A stretch of DNA of 63,843 nucleotides, counting the filler, from Chiloscyllium plagiosum (lineage: Eukaryota), in NCBI RefSeq assembly GCF_004010195.1. It is 5 parts of one record of this genome, joined end to end, with 100 filler letters (N's around TTAATTAATTAA, not from the genome) between each part and the next. Parts side by side here need not be neighbours in the genome. Positions count along the whole stretch, not along the records: positions 1 to 28,892 come from NC_057715.1; positions 28,993 to 43,681 come from NC_057715.1; 3 more parts are not named here. The stretch is one strand, 5' to 3'. A model generated the notes under the pieces. It made no database searches, was not told where the DNA came from, and saw only the letters and a program-made list of their open reading frames with translations. A program made the position numbers and the translations under genes. Shown here in pieces: positions 25,590-38,194 of the stretch (within the stretch, counting starts at the first letter, position 1; each line of letters opens with the position of its first letter).

Positions 25590-26110
25590 GGCTAAAAGAA
25601 GAGCAAAATTGAAGTCAATGGGAATCAAGAGGAAATTTCTCCAGTTGCTGATGTCATGCTTAGCACAAACTAAGATGATAGTGGCTATTGGAGGTTAATC
25701 ATTTCAGTCTCAGGGCATCATGATAGGAGTTTCTCCATTTTTAAAATATCTTTAAGTCAGTGTAACACACAACTCCTCAATATTGGAACAGTCCATGCCT
25801 GCATGCAGTGAGATCTGTCCAGCATTCAGGCTTGCAATAATAAGTGCCATGTCACATTCTCATCATACATATACCAGATGATAACCACTTCCAATAAAAG
25901 AAAACTTAATCACCATCCCTTGGTGTACAATAGCAATGCCACAGCTATAACCTTCACCGTTGAGGTCCTGGGGGTTACCATTGACCAGAAACTTAACTGG
26001 ACAAACACTTAATGCTGTATCTACAAGAACAGGTCAAACATTGGGAATTCCCTTCCAAGTACTAACAGATCCCACTCCTCAAATACTGTTTACCATCTAT
26101 GAGGCACAAA
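25590..26110 (+). mobile_element. Degraded L2-like RT fragment
   Basis: caaaattgaagtcaatgggaatc (KLKSMGI) and ctgggggttaccattgaccagaaacttaactgg (LGVTIDQKLNW). Confidence 0.65.
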
Positions 26111-27609
26111 AGAAATGACGCCCTTTATTTAAGTCATGCACTCCAATTCTCAAACCAGTGGAAATTGTGTCTCAAAAGCTATTCTTTGAGACCTCTCAGT
26201 ATTTTATATACAGTATTTTAATAGAAACACTTAATGGTCTTCGAAAATCCAAAGAATATAAACTCATTCTATTCAATTTCTCCTCCTTGGGCAAACCTCT
26301 CATTTCCAATATTAATGGACCTTTGCTATACCACTTTCACATAAGTATATCATGTCATAATTATGGGTGGAAAGATCTTCCCATCATTCCTTGTTCCTTT
26401 GAATAGGTCTAAAGATTTAATTGGTTTATAGTGGGAGAGGAACAACCATGAGTGAGTCTTAACGAGAAGGAGCTCAACTTAATAAGATGTCATTTATTGC
26501 ATGATAGCAATTAGGTGTAAGTTACATTAGTAAGCTAAATATTATTACTGACTCTGAGGAAACTTATTGATGTGAGTCTTTCGTCTATGATGCTCTGTCT
26601 TAACCTCACCCAGGCCAATAAGACATTACATAGTCTCCAGCACTAACCATTTCAAAACCTTTGTTTTATACAGCACCACCTCCTACAGTTCTCATTTATG
26701 CATTCATACATGGTCTTACATTGACTACCCTAGCCCTCCAAGTCTTTGAATTCACTTTTATAAGTAGTCAATTCTTTCAGACTGTTGTCTTTCACTTGGA
26801 AGAATGATAGGTTTTTGGCTGAAGGACTGTAAACTCTGATTCTATTTTTGAACTTGCATGGTCCTCAGGCTCCTTGGTGGGTTCATTCCAATATACTATT
26901 GGTGGACAATTATTCCACAATGAGACAAGGTGGCTGCGGTTTACAACAAGCTGCCTCAGCTGTATGAACAATATACAATTGATATTGGTCTGCTGAATTT
27001 GGAATAACCATGCCATGTCTGTTGAGGTCCTTTACTTGTTGCCCTCGGCACATCAGGCACAGTGACACCTATTGTAGTGAGTAGTCTGCTGCTCCAGTGA
27101 GACTGTTCCTTCTGATTGACATTGTTATTGTCCCATGGACTCAACTCTCTTCTGGGATAAGGAACTGAACCTTCAGGCTCCCTCCTCTCAGCAAGTCACA
27201 TTGGAGTGGGGTGGACCTGTAATTTAACAAAGCTGTAGAGAATTAAGTGTTATTCTTTGAAATAAGTGGTTCAAGAAGACAGCTCACCATCAGCTTCTCA
27301 AGTGCAAGTAGGCTGGATAATAAATGCTGGCCCAGCCAGTGAAGCCCACATTGCTTGAGTGAATAATTACAAAATATTTAACTGTCTGAACCCCAGGCAT
27401 GGCTTATTCATACAATTTTGGGTATCTCGGTGAGCTTATTACATGGTCACAATCGGAATTGACTGAAAATTGGCTGAAAGACTTGTTAGTAAACTGCGGT
27501 CCACTGTATGACATAACCACATCAGGGATCCAATGTAAATGAATATTTCATGCAGGACAGTGCCAACTACACCTGTGTTGGTGGTATTTAACTTCCGTAC
27601 CTCTATCCA

Positions 27610-28892
27610 CTGAAATAAATTGTCAACAGCAACAAGTTGATTTTAATCCTACTGCGAATCCACTTACAAGGATGTCTGCCTTGAAGAAGTTTTCCTCCTC
27701 TCTCTACAAGAATCTCAGGAAGTCCTCCCACTGCAACTTCCAGGTCATTTCCTCTGCCCTGAAGCTCTTCAACCATGTCCTAAAAGAAACTCGCTACTAC
27801 AGCCACATTTGCTTCCTCAGTGCCTGCCTCCGTAACCAACTCATCTCACACGGACTCCGGACCACCTTTAAACCAACAGAGTTTGGACCCGAACAGGACA
27901 AACAGTACAGACTACAGATTCAAAAACACCAGTAACAGTTCTCCTTCAAGATCCTCCGCTCCACGCTTGCAGCAATGCGCCGGCACCTAACCTCTCTACA
28001 GTCAGCCCTGCCTCAGCTGAGGGCCACACTCTCTCAGAATTGCAAAGGACCCCTTCTGTATTATATCCTCAGGAGAATTCATACTCTCGACAAACAGCAT
28101 TTCAATTCCATCTCAAACATCAAAAACTGTAAATACAACAAACTTTTATCTACCCACCTCCATAACCAGCGCTCCTCAAACATTCCAGTAGATTCTCCGG
28201 TTTCTGGAACTGCTCAGACGCCAATAGCCATGCGGCTCGTGCAACCACCATCCCCACGCTGATTGATGATGTCACTTCCGCCCCCATCATGGCCGCACCC
28301 ACAGCCACTTCCATCCCTCACAATTCCTCTTGCACCACGCGTGACATCATTTCCGCCCCTCACATCATTGCTGATGTCACACGCTCAGTGATTTCCGCCC
28401 CGCCTACTGCCGTGTTTGCCACCACTTCAACCCCCACCAACGCCACTCACCTGCATTCTGCTGCCACGCCCCCCACAGATCCCACTGTCACCATCCCCGC
28501 CTCCCAGAACCCTGAGGGGAACACCACCCCTGCTCATGACTCCACTCCCATTCCCCCCACCATCACACCCACTCCGGTTACAGGCTCCGACCCCACTCCC
28601 AGCTCCACACCTACACCAGGTCCTAGCTCCCGGTCCTAGCTCACAGCCCTGCTGAGTTTTCACCATCCCCCCCAGACCTTCCCCTCACTGAGGACGAATG
28701 ATCAGTCCTCAGCAAAGGCCTACCTTTATCCCCCTCCATCCACGCATCAATGAATTTAATACACACTGTGACGTCAAACACTTCTTCCGCCGCCTCCGCC
28801 TCCGAGCTTACTTTCACAATCAGGACTCCCACCCACCCTTCACCCGTCTCCAACACACTGCATCCACCTGGACACCCCGTGCTGGCCTATTA
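27610..28892 (+). mobile_element. Penelope-like element 5' ORF region (disrupted), truncated by a gap
   Basis: N-terminal RYYSHICFLSACLRNQLISHGL (H..FL..C......GL), a Thr/Pro-rich linker, then SVLSKGL.FIPLHPRINEFNT..DVKHFFRRLRLRAYF, typical of vertebrate PLE ORFs. Contains stops and frameshifts. Confidence 0.8.
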
Positions 28893-28992
28893 NNNNNNNN
28901 NNNNNNNNNNNNNNNNNNNNNNNNNNNNNNNNNNNNTTAATTAATTAANNNNNNNNNNNNNNNNNNNNNNNNNNNNNNNNNNNNNNNNNNNN
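28893..28992. other. Assembly gap with an artificial TTAATTAATTAA linker (same at 43682-43781, 54909-55008 and 60981-61080)
   Basis: Identical 44N + 12-mer + 44N layout at four places. Confidence 0.95.
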
Positions 28993-29145
28993 AGGGAGGA
29001 GAGGGTGGAGTGGATAGGTGGAAAAGAAGATAGGCAGGTAGGACAAGTCATGGGGACAATGAAGGGCTTTTGCCCGAAACGTCGATTTTACTTCTCCTTG
29101 GATGCTGCCTGAACTGCTGTGCTCTTCCAGCACCACTGATCCAGA
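28993..29145. mobile_element. PLE end with an inverted hammerhead-bearing arm
   Basis: Purine-rich reverse pLTR segment followed by atgaagggcttttgcccGAAACGTCg...ccagcaccactgatccaga. Confidence 0.7.
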
Positions 29146-29309
29146 AACAGTGGATAATAGCCTCACATTATTTGAAAACTTTGACTGAAGCTAAACTGAA
29201 ACTCCTTGGATGCTGCCTGAACTGCTGTGCTCTTCCAGCACCACTGATCCAGAAACAGTGGATAATAGCCTCACATTATTTGAAAACTTTGACTGAAGCT
29301 AAACTGAAA
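29094..29309. repeat. Perfect tandem duplication, 2 x 108 bp
   Basis: 29094-29201 equals 29202-29309; the unit spans the PLE end and its flank. Confidence 0.9.
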
Positions 29310-29737
29310 GAAGATAGAAGAAAAAGCAGAGTCTCATGAGGATGAGATGCTTAAAGTGATTTTCTATTATTTAGAATTGGAAGTAATGAAACCTGAAACT
29401 GGCCTGGCACCACTGGAATTAGGTAATATACAGTTAGAAACAACCAAACTGAAAGAGCTATGGAAAGGTCTGAATTAGTGAAAAACAGAGAGACACAAAG
29501 TTAAGAAAACATGAAATGGGAATGGAAAAAATTGACAATAATGGAAAAGGAGATGGAATTCAATGAAATTGATCCCCAAAGCGATAAAGAAATTAGAGAA
29601 CATGAGTTGACCATGGAACAAATTAGTGTAAAGAGGAATGGAAAAGGTGCTAGTTTCAGAGAATGGACTGAAGGTGTCAAAGTGATAAAGGAGAAATAAT
29701 TCAAGAAAGTGCATATTCTGAAGATCTGAAACCAGAA

Positions 29738-29878
29738 TCAGAAATTGCTGGAGAAACTCAGCAGGTCTAGCAACATCTGCAGAAAGAAAGCAGACTTAAT
29801 ACACTGGACATGAAATGTAACTCTACTTTCTCTCCACACATACTGTGAGGCCTGTTGTGTTTCTCCAGCAATTTCTGA
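29738..29878. mobile_element. Old fold-back PLE insertion, family C
   Basis: Inverted ends tcagaaattgctggagaaac / gtttctccagcaatttctga, related to 45030-45150. Confidence 0.6.
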
Positions 29879-29934
29879 TAAAAGAGAAGTGTTGGAACCA
29901 AAATGTGATCTCAAGAAATTACCCCAACAACACT

Positions 29935-30395
29935 CAAGAAGCTTGACCACTGTCTAGGAGAAAGCAGTCTGCTTGATTGGCACCACATCCACAAATTTTT
30001 GCTCCCTCCACCACAGATGCTCAGTAGCAGCCGTGTATAGTATCTACAAGATGCACTGCATAAATTCACCAAAAATCTTCAGATAGCACCTTCCATACCC
30101 ATGATCACTTCCATCCAGAAGGTCAAGTGCAGCAGATACACAGGAACCCCATCACCTATATGTTCCCCTCCAAGACACTCACCATCCTGACTTGGAAATA
30201 TATTGCTGTTTCTTTACTGTCACCAGGTCATAATCTTGGAATTTCCTCTCTCATGGCATTGTAGGTCAACTTACAGCACGTGGACTGCAGTGGTTTAAGA
30301 AGGCAGCTCACTACCACTTTCTCAAGGGCAAGTACGGAAGGGTAATAAATATTGGCCAGCTAGCAACATCCATGTCCCACAAATGAATTAAAAAA
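29935..30395 (+). mobile_element. L2/CR1-clade LINE 3' end
   Basis: aagcagtctgcttgattggcacc...atctacaagatgcactgca...aagaaggcagctcactaccactttctcaagggc...atgaattaaaaaaaa. Confidence 0.8.
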
Positions 30396-30799
30396 AAGAG
30401 AAATGTCTACAAAGTATTCAGAAAAGGGGCAGCAGGAAAGATATAGGTATTAAAGCTGTAACAATAGCACAAGAGAGCATGCTTCCTTAGAAATGGCTAA
30501 GAAGGGAGAGATGGTTAAGGTTAGTCATGACTTTTTTTAATGTTGACAAGAGTAATCAGACCATTGGATGTTCTGAATATTTTCTCTCCAAAGGTGAGGT
30601 GCTTCCTTGCACTTTGAATCAAGGATGGAAATCAACAAAGTTATCGAGAGACACTGGAAAATTTCAGCCACGGATGCTGGCTGATCTTCCAGAGTCCTTA
30701 ATTTAGGGGAAAATATTAGTTAGAGGTAAATATAAAATTTACAAACCAATCTCATTGAATAGTGTTGGACTAATGAGTGACTTATTAAATGTAGAAGCT

Positions 30800-31620
30800 G
30801 TAAAAATGGCTACAAAGTCTCAAAGAGCAAATGAAACCAGACAGATCACTTGGTATCGGAAATTGGAAATAACAACAGTAAAAACAACCCTGTCAAACCT
30901 ACAATGTCCTCCTTTGTAATATCTGGGGCTAGTGCCAAAATTAGGAAAGCTGTCCCACAGAGTAGTCAACACTGGTCTGACTTTGTCTTCAAAGTATGAT
31001 TCCATGAATATGACTATGTTCCAGAAGCCACCATCACGATCCCGAGATAATTCTGTCCCACTGACAGGACAGATTCAGAAACAGTTGGAGGTTGGGGTGG
31101 CTCAGTGGTTAGCACTGCTGCCTCACAGTACCAGGGATCTGGGTTTGATTCCCACCTCGGGAGACTGTCTGTGTGGAGTTTGCACATTCTCCCCTTGTCA
31201 GCATGGGTTTCCTCCAGGTGCTCCAGTTTCCTCCCACAATCCAAAGATGTGTGGGTCAGGTGAATTGGCCCTAAATTGCCCATAATGTTAGGTGCATTAG
31301 TCAGGGATAAATATAGGGTAGAGAAATGGTTCTGGGTGGGTTACTCTTTGGAGGGTCGGTGTGGCCTTGTTGGGCCAAAGGGCCTGTTTCCGTATTGTAG
31401 GGAATCTAATCTAATCTAATCAGAGGTGTGCAGTCAGGAGAGAATTGTCCTGGGAGTCCTCAACATTAACTCTGGACACCATAAATTCTCAAGATATGCT
31501 CCTCAAAACAAGGGAACCTCATGCTGGTTACCATGTGCTAACTTCCCTCAGCTAATAAATCAGGACTCATTTTGAACAACGATTGGAGGAAGCAGTGAGG
31601 GTGGAAAAGATGAAGAATGT
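30800..31620 (+). mobile_element. L2-like LINE 5'/endonuclease remnant with an inserted SINE
   Basis: aatatctggggctagtgccaaaattaggaaagctgtcccacaga (NI.GLVPKLGKLSHR), homologous to 13480-13740. Confidence 0.55.
31096..31421 (+). mobile_element. HE1-like tRNA-derived V-SINE
   Basis: A box tggctcagtgg, B box ggtttgattcc, V-domain gtgtggagtttgcacattctcc, CR1-like 3' end and (AATCT)n tail. Confidence 0.9.
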
Positions 31621-31711
31621 ATTATAGGTTGGCAATTGGATGGAAGACGGGTTAGTGAGGCACCGACACCTTCAAATCATCCATACCTGAATCATCAACC
31701 TGATTTCTTTT

Positions 31712-32370
31712 ATAGTCATAGAGATGTATAGCAAGGAAACAGACCCTTTGGTCCAACTCATCCATGCCGACCAGATATCCTAATCTAATCTGTCAGCACT
31801 TGATCCACATCCCTCTAAACACTACCTATTCATATACCCACCCAGATGCATTTGGAATTGTACAAACCTCCACCACTTCCTCTGGCAGCTCATTCCATAC
31901 ACACACCAGCCTCTGTGTGAAAAAGTTACCCCTTAGGTCTCTTTTATATCTTTTCCCTCTCACCCTAAACCTATGCCCTCTAGTTCTGGACCCCCTCACC
32001 ACAGGGAAAAGACCTTGTCTATTTACCCTATCCATGCCCCTCATGATCTTATAAACCTCTATAAAGTCACCCCTCAGCCTCCAAAGCTCCAGAGAAAACA
32101 GCCCCAGCCTATTCAACCTCTCCCTATAGCTCAAATCTTCCAAACCTAGCAACATCCTTATAAATCTTTTCTGAACCCTTTCAAGTTTCACAACATCCTT
32201 CCGATAGTAAGGAGACCCAGAATTACATGCAATATTCCAAAAGTGGCCTACACAGCTGCAACATGGCCTCCCTACTCCTATATTCAATGCTCTGACCAAT
32301 AAAGGAAATCATACTAAACACCTTCTTCACTATCCTATCTAACTGCGATTTTACTTTGAACTATGAACCC
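31712..32370 (-). mobile_element. CR1 LINE 3' fragment
   Basis: ORF 31826-32299 carries CR1 C-terminal motifs. Confidence 0.92.
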
Positions 32371-32636
32371 TTTTCCACTGCAGTCAATTCAGTGAACTGC
32401 ATAATAATGGGCCAATCCACTCCCACCATTAAAGTTGAAAATTACTTAATGTGCTTCTTATGAATGAACTGTTTGTAAGTGTTTTGTACAGTTGACATGA
32501 ATATCTGAGTCCATAAACATGGTTGCTCTGTAATTGATAGATCAACATTCTACTGATAATTTCATGAAACGTTAAGTGATACATCAATATGGTATTGGAG
32601 GTAATAGATTAGTGTGAATAGAGGATTGGCTATCCC

Positions 32637-33252
32637 ACACTCACACGCACACATGCACCCTCTCATAGACTTATACACCTTTACACTCACACTCACACAC
32701 ATACACACACTCTCTCACAGACACTCATAAACCTCCCCCACCCCACCCCCCATATGTTTGTGGGGAGAATTTGTTCTTGCAAAATAACATTTTGCTCAAA
32801 AACTGCATGAATCCATGTAAGATTCTGTAAATCCCTTTTTAGGTTAGAATCAATTGAACATTGTAGCGCAGACAGCCTCACACAGGGCACTTGACACCTT
32901 AACTGCATTATCTGAACCGACATGACACCAATTGTTAAAGTTCACTTGAGAATGTAACTTTAAAAAGGTTCTGTAATTTACATATGAAAGAACCGACACC
33001 AACATGTTCATTATAAAAGATGAGAGACTTAACAAACAATACAGGTCTTTTTCAATATATAATTTCAGTTACATCACACTGTAAACCTTTGCTATGAATT
33101 CTGTGTCTTATGATCTTATACTTCACAACCACCTAATGAAGGAGCAGCGCTCCGAACGTTTGTGCTTCCAAATAAACCTGGTGGACTGTAAGCTGGTGTT
33201 GTGTGATTTTTAACTTTGTACACCCCAGTCCAACACCAGCATCTCCAAATCA
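32637..33252 (+). mobile_element. PLE family B 3' region (pLTR and tail) with a CA-rich tract
   Basis: Collinear with 36935-37312; degenerate hammerhead cacctaatgaaggagcagcgctccgaacg; tail ccagtccaacaccagcatctccaaatcat. Confidence 0.7.
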
Positions 33253-33963
33253 TGAGTAAAAAGGTCAAGACACCATTGATTCTTTTGGCATCACCTTTAT
33301 CAGTAACATATGATTATTGTTTTGTGACTCAGAGAGTGAGTATATGAACAAAATACTGAGAATGCTGGAAATCCGTGATAAAAATTGAAAATGCAGGAAA
33401 TATTCTACATATCTGGCAGAGAGCTCTGGATTGCAATTCAAATGGAAAATCATGGACCTACATCAACTCTGTTTCCAGTCCATTGATGTCACCAGTTTGC
33501 TGACTATTTCCGCCCTTCCTAAGATCACTGGGTGATTCTTTTTCATAGCTGATAAATTCCTGGGCTTTTGCTACTTGCAAAGAACCCCTCAAGCATTTAA
33601 TATGTAGTTGTTTCCAGTGCTTGATAGCACCTGTTTGTGAATGTGAACTAATTTATCTTTGCATCAATTTCATAATATTTCAAGGCTTCAAAAGCCATGT
33701 CTGTCACACTTGACAAGAGTTAAATTGATTTCTTTTTGCTTGCAATTTGCTGTCACACAGTTGAGAGAGGATCTTGGACTGAGCTGTCACTTTCAGATTC
33801 TCCAAACTTTTAACTTTGAAATTCAATTTTATCAATCAATTGACTTTCTTTTTCTCACGATCATTCGGTCTCAACGGGTTTTTTTTTTAAATATAGAATC
33901 TGGATCAGTTAAAAAGCATCAAATAAATAAACAAATCGATGGCCTCAGAGATTTGGATAATAT

Positions 33964-34255
33964 GATTAGATTAGATTCCCTACAGTGTGGAAACAGGCCC
34001 TTCGGCCCAACCAGTCCACACCGACCCTCCAAAGAGTAACCCACCCAGACCCATTTCCCTCTGACTAATGCACCTAGTACTATGGGCAATTTAGCATAGC
34101 CAATTCACTTGACCTGCACATCTTTGGACTATGGGAGGAAACCCACACAGACACGGGGAGACTGTGCAAACTCCACACAGACAATCGTCTAAGGCTGGAA
34201 TCGAACCTGGGACCCATGAGGCAGTAGTGCTAACCACTGAGCTACCATGCTGCCC
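33964..34255 (-). mobile_element. HE1-like V-SINE
   Basis: Reverse complement of the SINEs at 31096 and 56955, with a (AGATT)n tail. Confidence 0.9.
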
Positions 34256-34451
34256 ATACTATTCAGATTTTCATCAATTAAAAAAATGTTTTTAATTTCC
34301 ATTTGTGCTGTTCTGATCTCTTACCAAAACAGAAGCAGAAGTTTGCTGGAACATCAGCAGAAACAATGGAAATGTCTGTTGAATGAATTGAATTCGAGCT
34401 GATTAATTGAATGCTGCTGAGTCTGAAATTTAGGGCTGGATATAGTGACTA

Positions 34452-35648
34452 CCGTATTTACTCCTGTAATAGTCGAATTTTTTTGACTATTTTTTTAAGG
34501 TTAAATTTATGGTGAGACTATTACATGGCTACTATTTTTGAGGGGCTGAAATTCACACCCGTCAAAATTTGTACTGTATCATTAGCATAAGCCCAATTGC
34601 TATCTGAATGAATAAAGAAAAAAAAGATGAATTACGTTAATTCTGAAAACCTGGGGCAGATTTGAAGACCGGGAATGGAGCAGAACAACTGGCAGACTGG
34701 AAAGTTGGAGCAGGACGGGACAGCTGGCACACTGACAAATAAATGTTGATCTATTATCTGTGAAGAACCAGGGTCAATGTTTACATGAGATATATGGAAA
34801 ATTTCTGATTATTTGCTCAAACATAGGAGGTTGACTTTTACATGAGATCGATTTTAGATAAATGTGTGGCGCTGCATTTTGGGAAAGCAAATCTTAACAG
34901 GACTTATACACTTAATGGTAACGTCCTGGGGAGTGTTGCTGAACAAAGAGACCTTGGAGTGCAGGTTCATAGCTCCTTGAAAGTGGAGTCGCAGGTAGAT
35001 AGTGTAGTGAAGTTTGGTATGCTTTCCTTTATTGGTCAGAGTATTGAGTACAGGAGTTGGGAGATCATATTTGCGGCTGTACAGAACATTGGTCAGGCCT
35101 CTTTTGGAATATTGTGTGCAGTTCTGGTCTCCTTCCTATCTGAAGGATGTTGTGAAACTTGAAAGGGGTCAGAAAAATTTACAAGGATGGTGCCATGGCT
35201 GCAGGACTTGAGCTATAGGGAGAGATTGAATAGGCTAGAGCTGTTTTCCCTGGAGCATCGGAGGCTGAGGAGTGACCTTATAGAAGTTTATAAAATCAGG
35301 AGGGGATAGGGTAAATATACAATGGTCTTTTCCCTGCGGCAAGGGAGTCTAGAACTAGACGGCATAGGTTTAGCGTGAGAGGGGAAAGATATAAAAGAGA
35401 CCTAAGGGGCAACATTTTCATGCGTATGTGGAATGGGCTGCCAGAGGGAGTGGTGGAGGCTAGTACAATTTAAAAGGCATCTGGATGTGTATATGAATAG
35501 GAAGTGTTTGGAGAGATATGGGCTGGTTGCTGACAGGTGAGACTAGATTGGGTTGGGATATCTGGTCGGCATGGACGAGTTGAACCAAAGTGTCTGTTTC
35601 TGTGCTGTACATCTCCATGACTCCATGATTCTACTCGAGTATGTACGG
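34452..35648. mobile_element. Non-autonomous Tc1/mariner (pogo/Tc2-like) DNA transposon split by a CR1
   Basis: TA-CCGTATTTACTC at the left end and GAGTATGTACGG-TA at the right end form TIRs with a TA duplication. Confidence 0.7.
34851..35630 (+). mobile_element. CR1 LINE 3' fragment nested in the DNA transposon
   Basis: KC..LHFGKAN..RTYTLNG..LGSVAEQRDLGVQVH and a (ccatga) tail. Confidence 0.92.
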
Positions 35649-36838
35649 TAATAATCAGGAGCAAAGTGATGTGGAAACTGGAATAGTGATAGTACTACTA
35701 GTGAGAATGTGATAAGTTGTATAAACAAACATTTCATTCCTTTAAAAATTCTATAGCATTCAGCCTAAAAAAATGATAGCTTGACCCTTTATAATCTGTC
35801 AACATTCTTGGAGCCACGTAACTAAGTACATGAAAGATAGCTTTGTAATGAATATCATTTTCAGGAGAGAAATGATAATGGTTCTTACATAAGACTTTTC
35901 AGCAGATAAGGAGTTTTATAAGAATGTAGAATAAATTACACATTAGCTAGAGAATGGAGATTGCCCTAACAACAAAATGCAAGAGGTGATGATAACTAGC
36001 TTTGTTTGAAGTGACTAAAGGGCATTTCTTTGTTTCCATGTTTAAAAAATAATCCTCGTAGTCTACAATCCGCTGATGGCATCATCCTCATGTGATTCTG
36101 TAATTAGCATCACGGACGTTAGTTGCTGACGGTATTTTAAGACTATGGGCAAAGATATCATGTATTGAAGGTTCTTTTTAAGCTAAGCTGTAAATCCAAC
36201 TCATTAGAAAATATCAAGTGCTACCTCTTAAAAGGAGAATTAAAAGGAGTGATGGCCAGTTCAAACTAATTATAAACAAAGTAAACAAAACAACAAAGTG
36301 AAATCAAAGCAGCAATATCAGCTGTCAGCACACAAAATCTTACACAGTCTGTTCATCATCACAAATGCAATTCAATGAGTTGCTAAACATGGTATGCTGA
36401 GTGTAATGAAAAAGAAAGTGTGATTATTGACCATGTGTCAAAAGTATTTAGTCTGGGTGTCAGTGTCATTTTACTCAGCTGATCAATACTGGAATGTAGC
36501 TCTAGGGCTGTTGAGTTGAATTCAGTCTGTTTGATCTTTGTATAATTCAGTGATAAAATCATGTTAAGAATAACAGTGCCATTACTTTCATGATCACATT
36601 AGAGAGGAGATTGCTTGTCTCTCAATGGTTCATTGGTTAATTCATTCAATAGCTAATCCATACAGACCAAATAGTTTCCAGATGTAATCCCTAGTTTGTA
36701 ATGACTTAGTGGATCTTACCCAGCATTGTCAAACGGTATCAGAAGCAGTTTCATAGCACAAAGTTGGAGAGGCTCAATTCATCTCTAGTCACTAAGCAAT
36801 AATGCATGTTGGAGGTTATTACAATTCCTACAGAGACC

Positions 36839-37312
36839 AAAGTTAAAAATCACACAACACCAGGTTATAGTCCAGCAGATCTATTTGGAAACAATACTTT
36901 CAGAGCACTACTCCTTCATTACATGGTTGTGGCACAGACAGTCTCACACAGGGCAGCTCACACCTTCAGTGCATTATCTGGGCCGACATGACACCAACTG
37001 TTAAAGTTCACTTGAGAATGTCACTTTTCAATGTTCTGCGATTTACATATGAATGAACTGAAACCAACATTCTAAAAGATGGGAGACTTAACAAACAATC
37101 CAGGTCTTTTTCACTATATAATTTCAGTTACTTCACGCTGTAAACATTTGCTATAAATTCTGTGTCTTACGATCCTATACTCCACAACAACTTAATTAAG
37201 GAGCAGTGCTCCGAAAGCTAGTGCTTCCAAATAAACCTGCTGGACTATAACCTCGTCTTATGTGATTTTTAACTTTGTATACCCCAGTCCAATACAGGCA
37301 TCTCCAAATCAT
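36839..37312. mobile_element. PLE family B insertion: inverted 5' arm, pLTR and tail
   Basis: aaagttaaaaatcacacaacaccaggttatagtccagcag is inverted relative to ctgctggactataacc...tgtgatttttaacttt; contains ggagcagtgctccGAAAGCTAgtg. Confidence 0.8.
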
Positions 37313-38194
37313 GACTCCAGAGATAATGACTTCTAAAAACAAATTCCAGCTTTCAGTTAATAGCTGAAAGAATGAAACCTCAAGACTTCACAAGTTGGGA
37401 TGTTCATGGTCACAAATGAAAAATCCCGACTAGTTAAACACTATCTTTACAGATACTAAACTATATAATGAAAACCCTCTTCATCTCCCACAAAGGCATG
37501 AGGAACATCACAAATAGATTATATACTGTTCTTCAGGTAGAAATTCAATCTTCTGAATTTATTTACAGTGATTCTTAGTTCCCGAATATTTATTCCTGTT
37601 CTATTTTTCTTTCAACCTGGTAACTTACAATCTTAGAAATACCCTTCACAGTCAGATTTCTTTCTCAGAGATCATCCCTCTAACATATGCTTGGTGACTC
37701 TTCCAGCCTCCTTTTAACTCCCCATTAATTTGGTATTTCCAGAGTGTCTGTATTATTCAGTGACATTATAGGAAGCCTCTCAGCTGATCTATACAATGGT
37801 TGTCTCTGTATCTTCCCCATGGTAATGTAAATCAAATGGACTTTGTGTCTATGTAGAAATGGTAGTTACCTATATTTGAGAGCTCAACTTTTTTCATTCA
37901 GGAAAGGTGATGAACAGTTTCAAGCACAGCAGGTTATGACCTGACATTCTCAATACTTTTCTAAGACTTTGGATGCTCAACATTTTCACAGTTAACACAT
38001 GTAGTGTTGCCACTGTCCCTCTTGTACCCTCTTCCCTATAAAACAGTCCAAGCATTCTTTTGGTAAAACAATCAAACCACACAGACACATGGTCAGACAA
38101 AAATCATAACAGGTCATATGACAGTTTGCATTTTACCTTAAATTTGAAGACACAAACCATAACAATAACCATAACTGCCACATTAGTCATACAT

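Larger units (their letters stand above)
29310..30800 (+). mobile_element. Highly degraded Gypsy-like gag/protease remnants, interrupted by other repeats
   Basis: E/K-rich coiled-coil-like frame (EKEMEF..KEIREHEL) and tccaaaggtgaggtg...agagacactgga (SKG.V...RDTG protease-like) at about 30585-30660. Confidence 0.35.

Noticed and set aside
28289..28639. Mucin-like Thr/Pro-rich ORF
   Set aside because: It lies between two PLE ORF motifs as a low-complexity linker, with no signal peptide or exon structure.
28937..28948. TTAATTAATTAA repeated at four sites
   Set aside because: Always centred in a 100-bp N block. It is an artificial scaffolding linker with stops in all frames, not biology.
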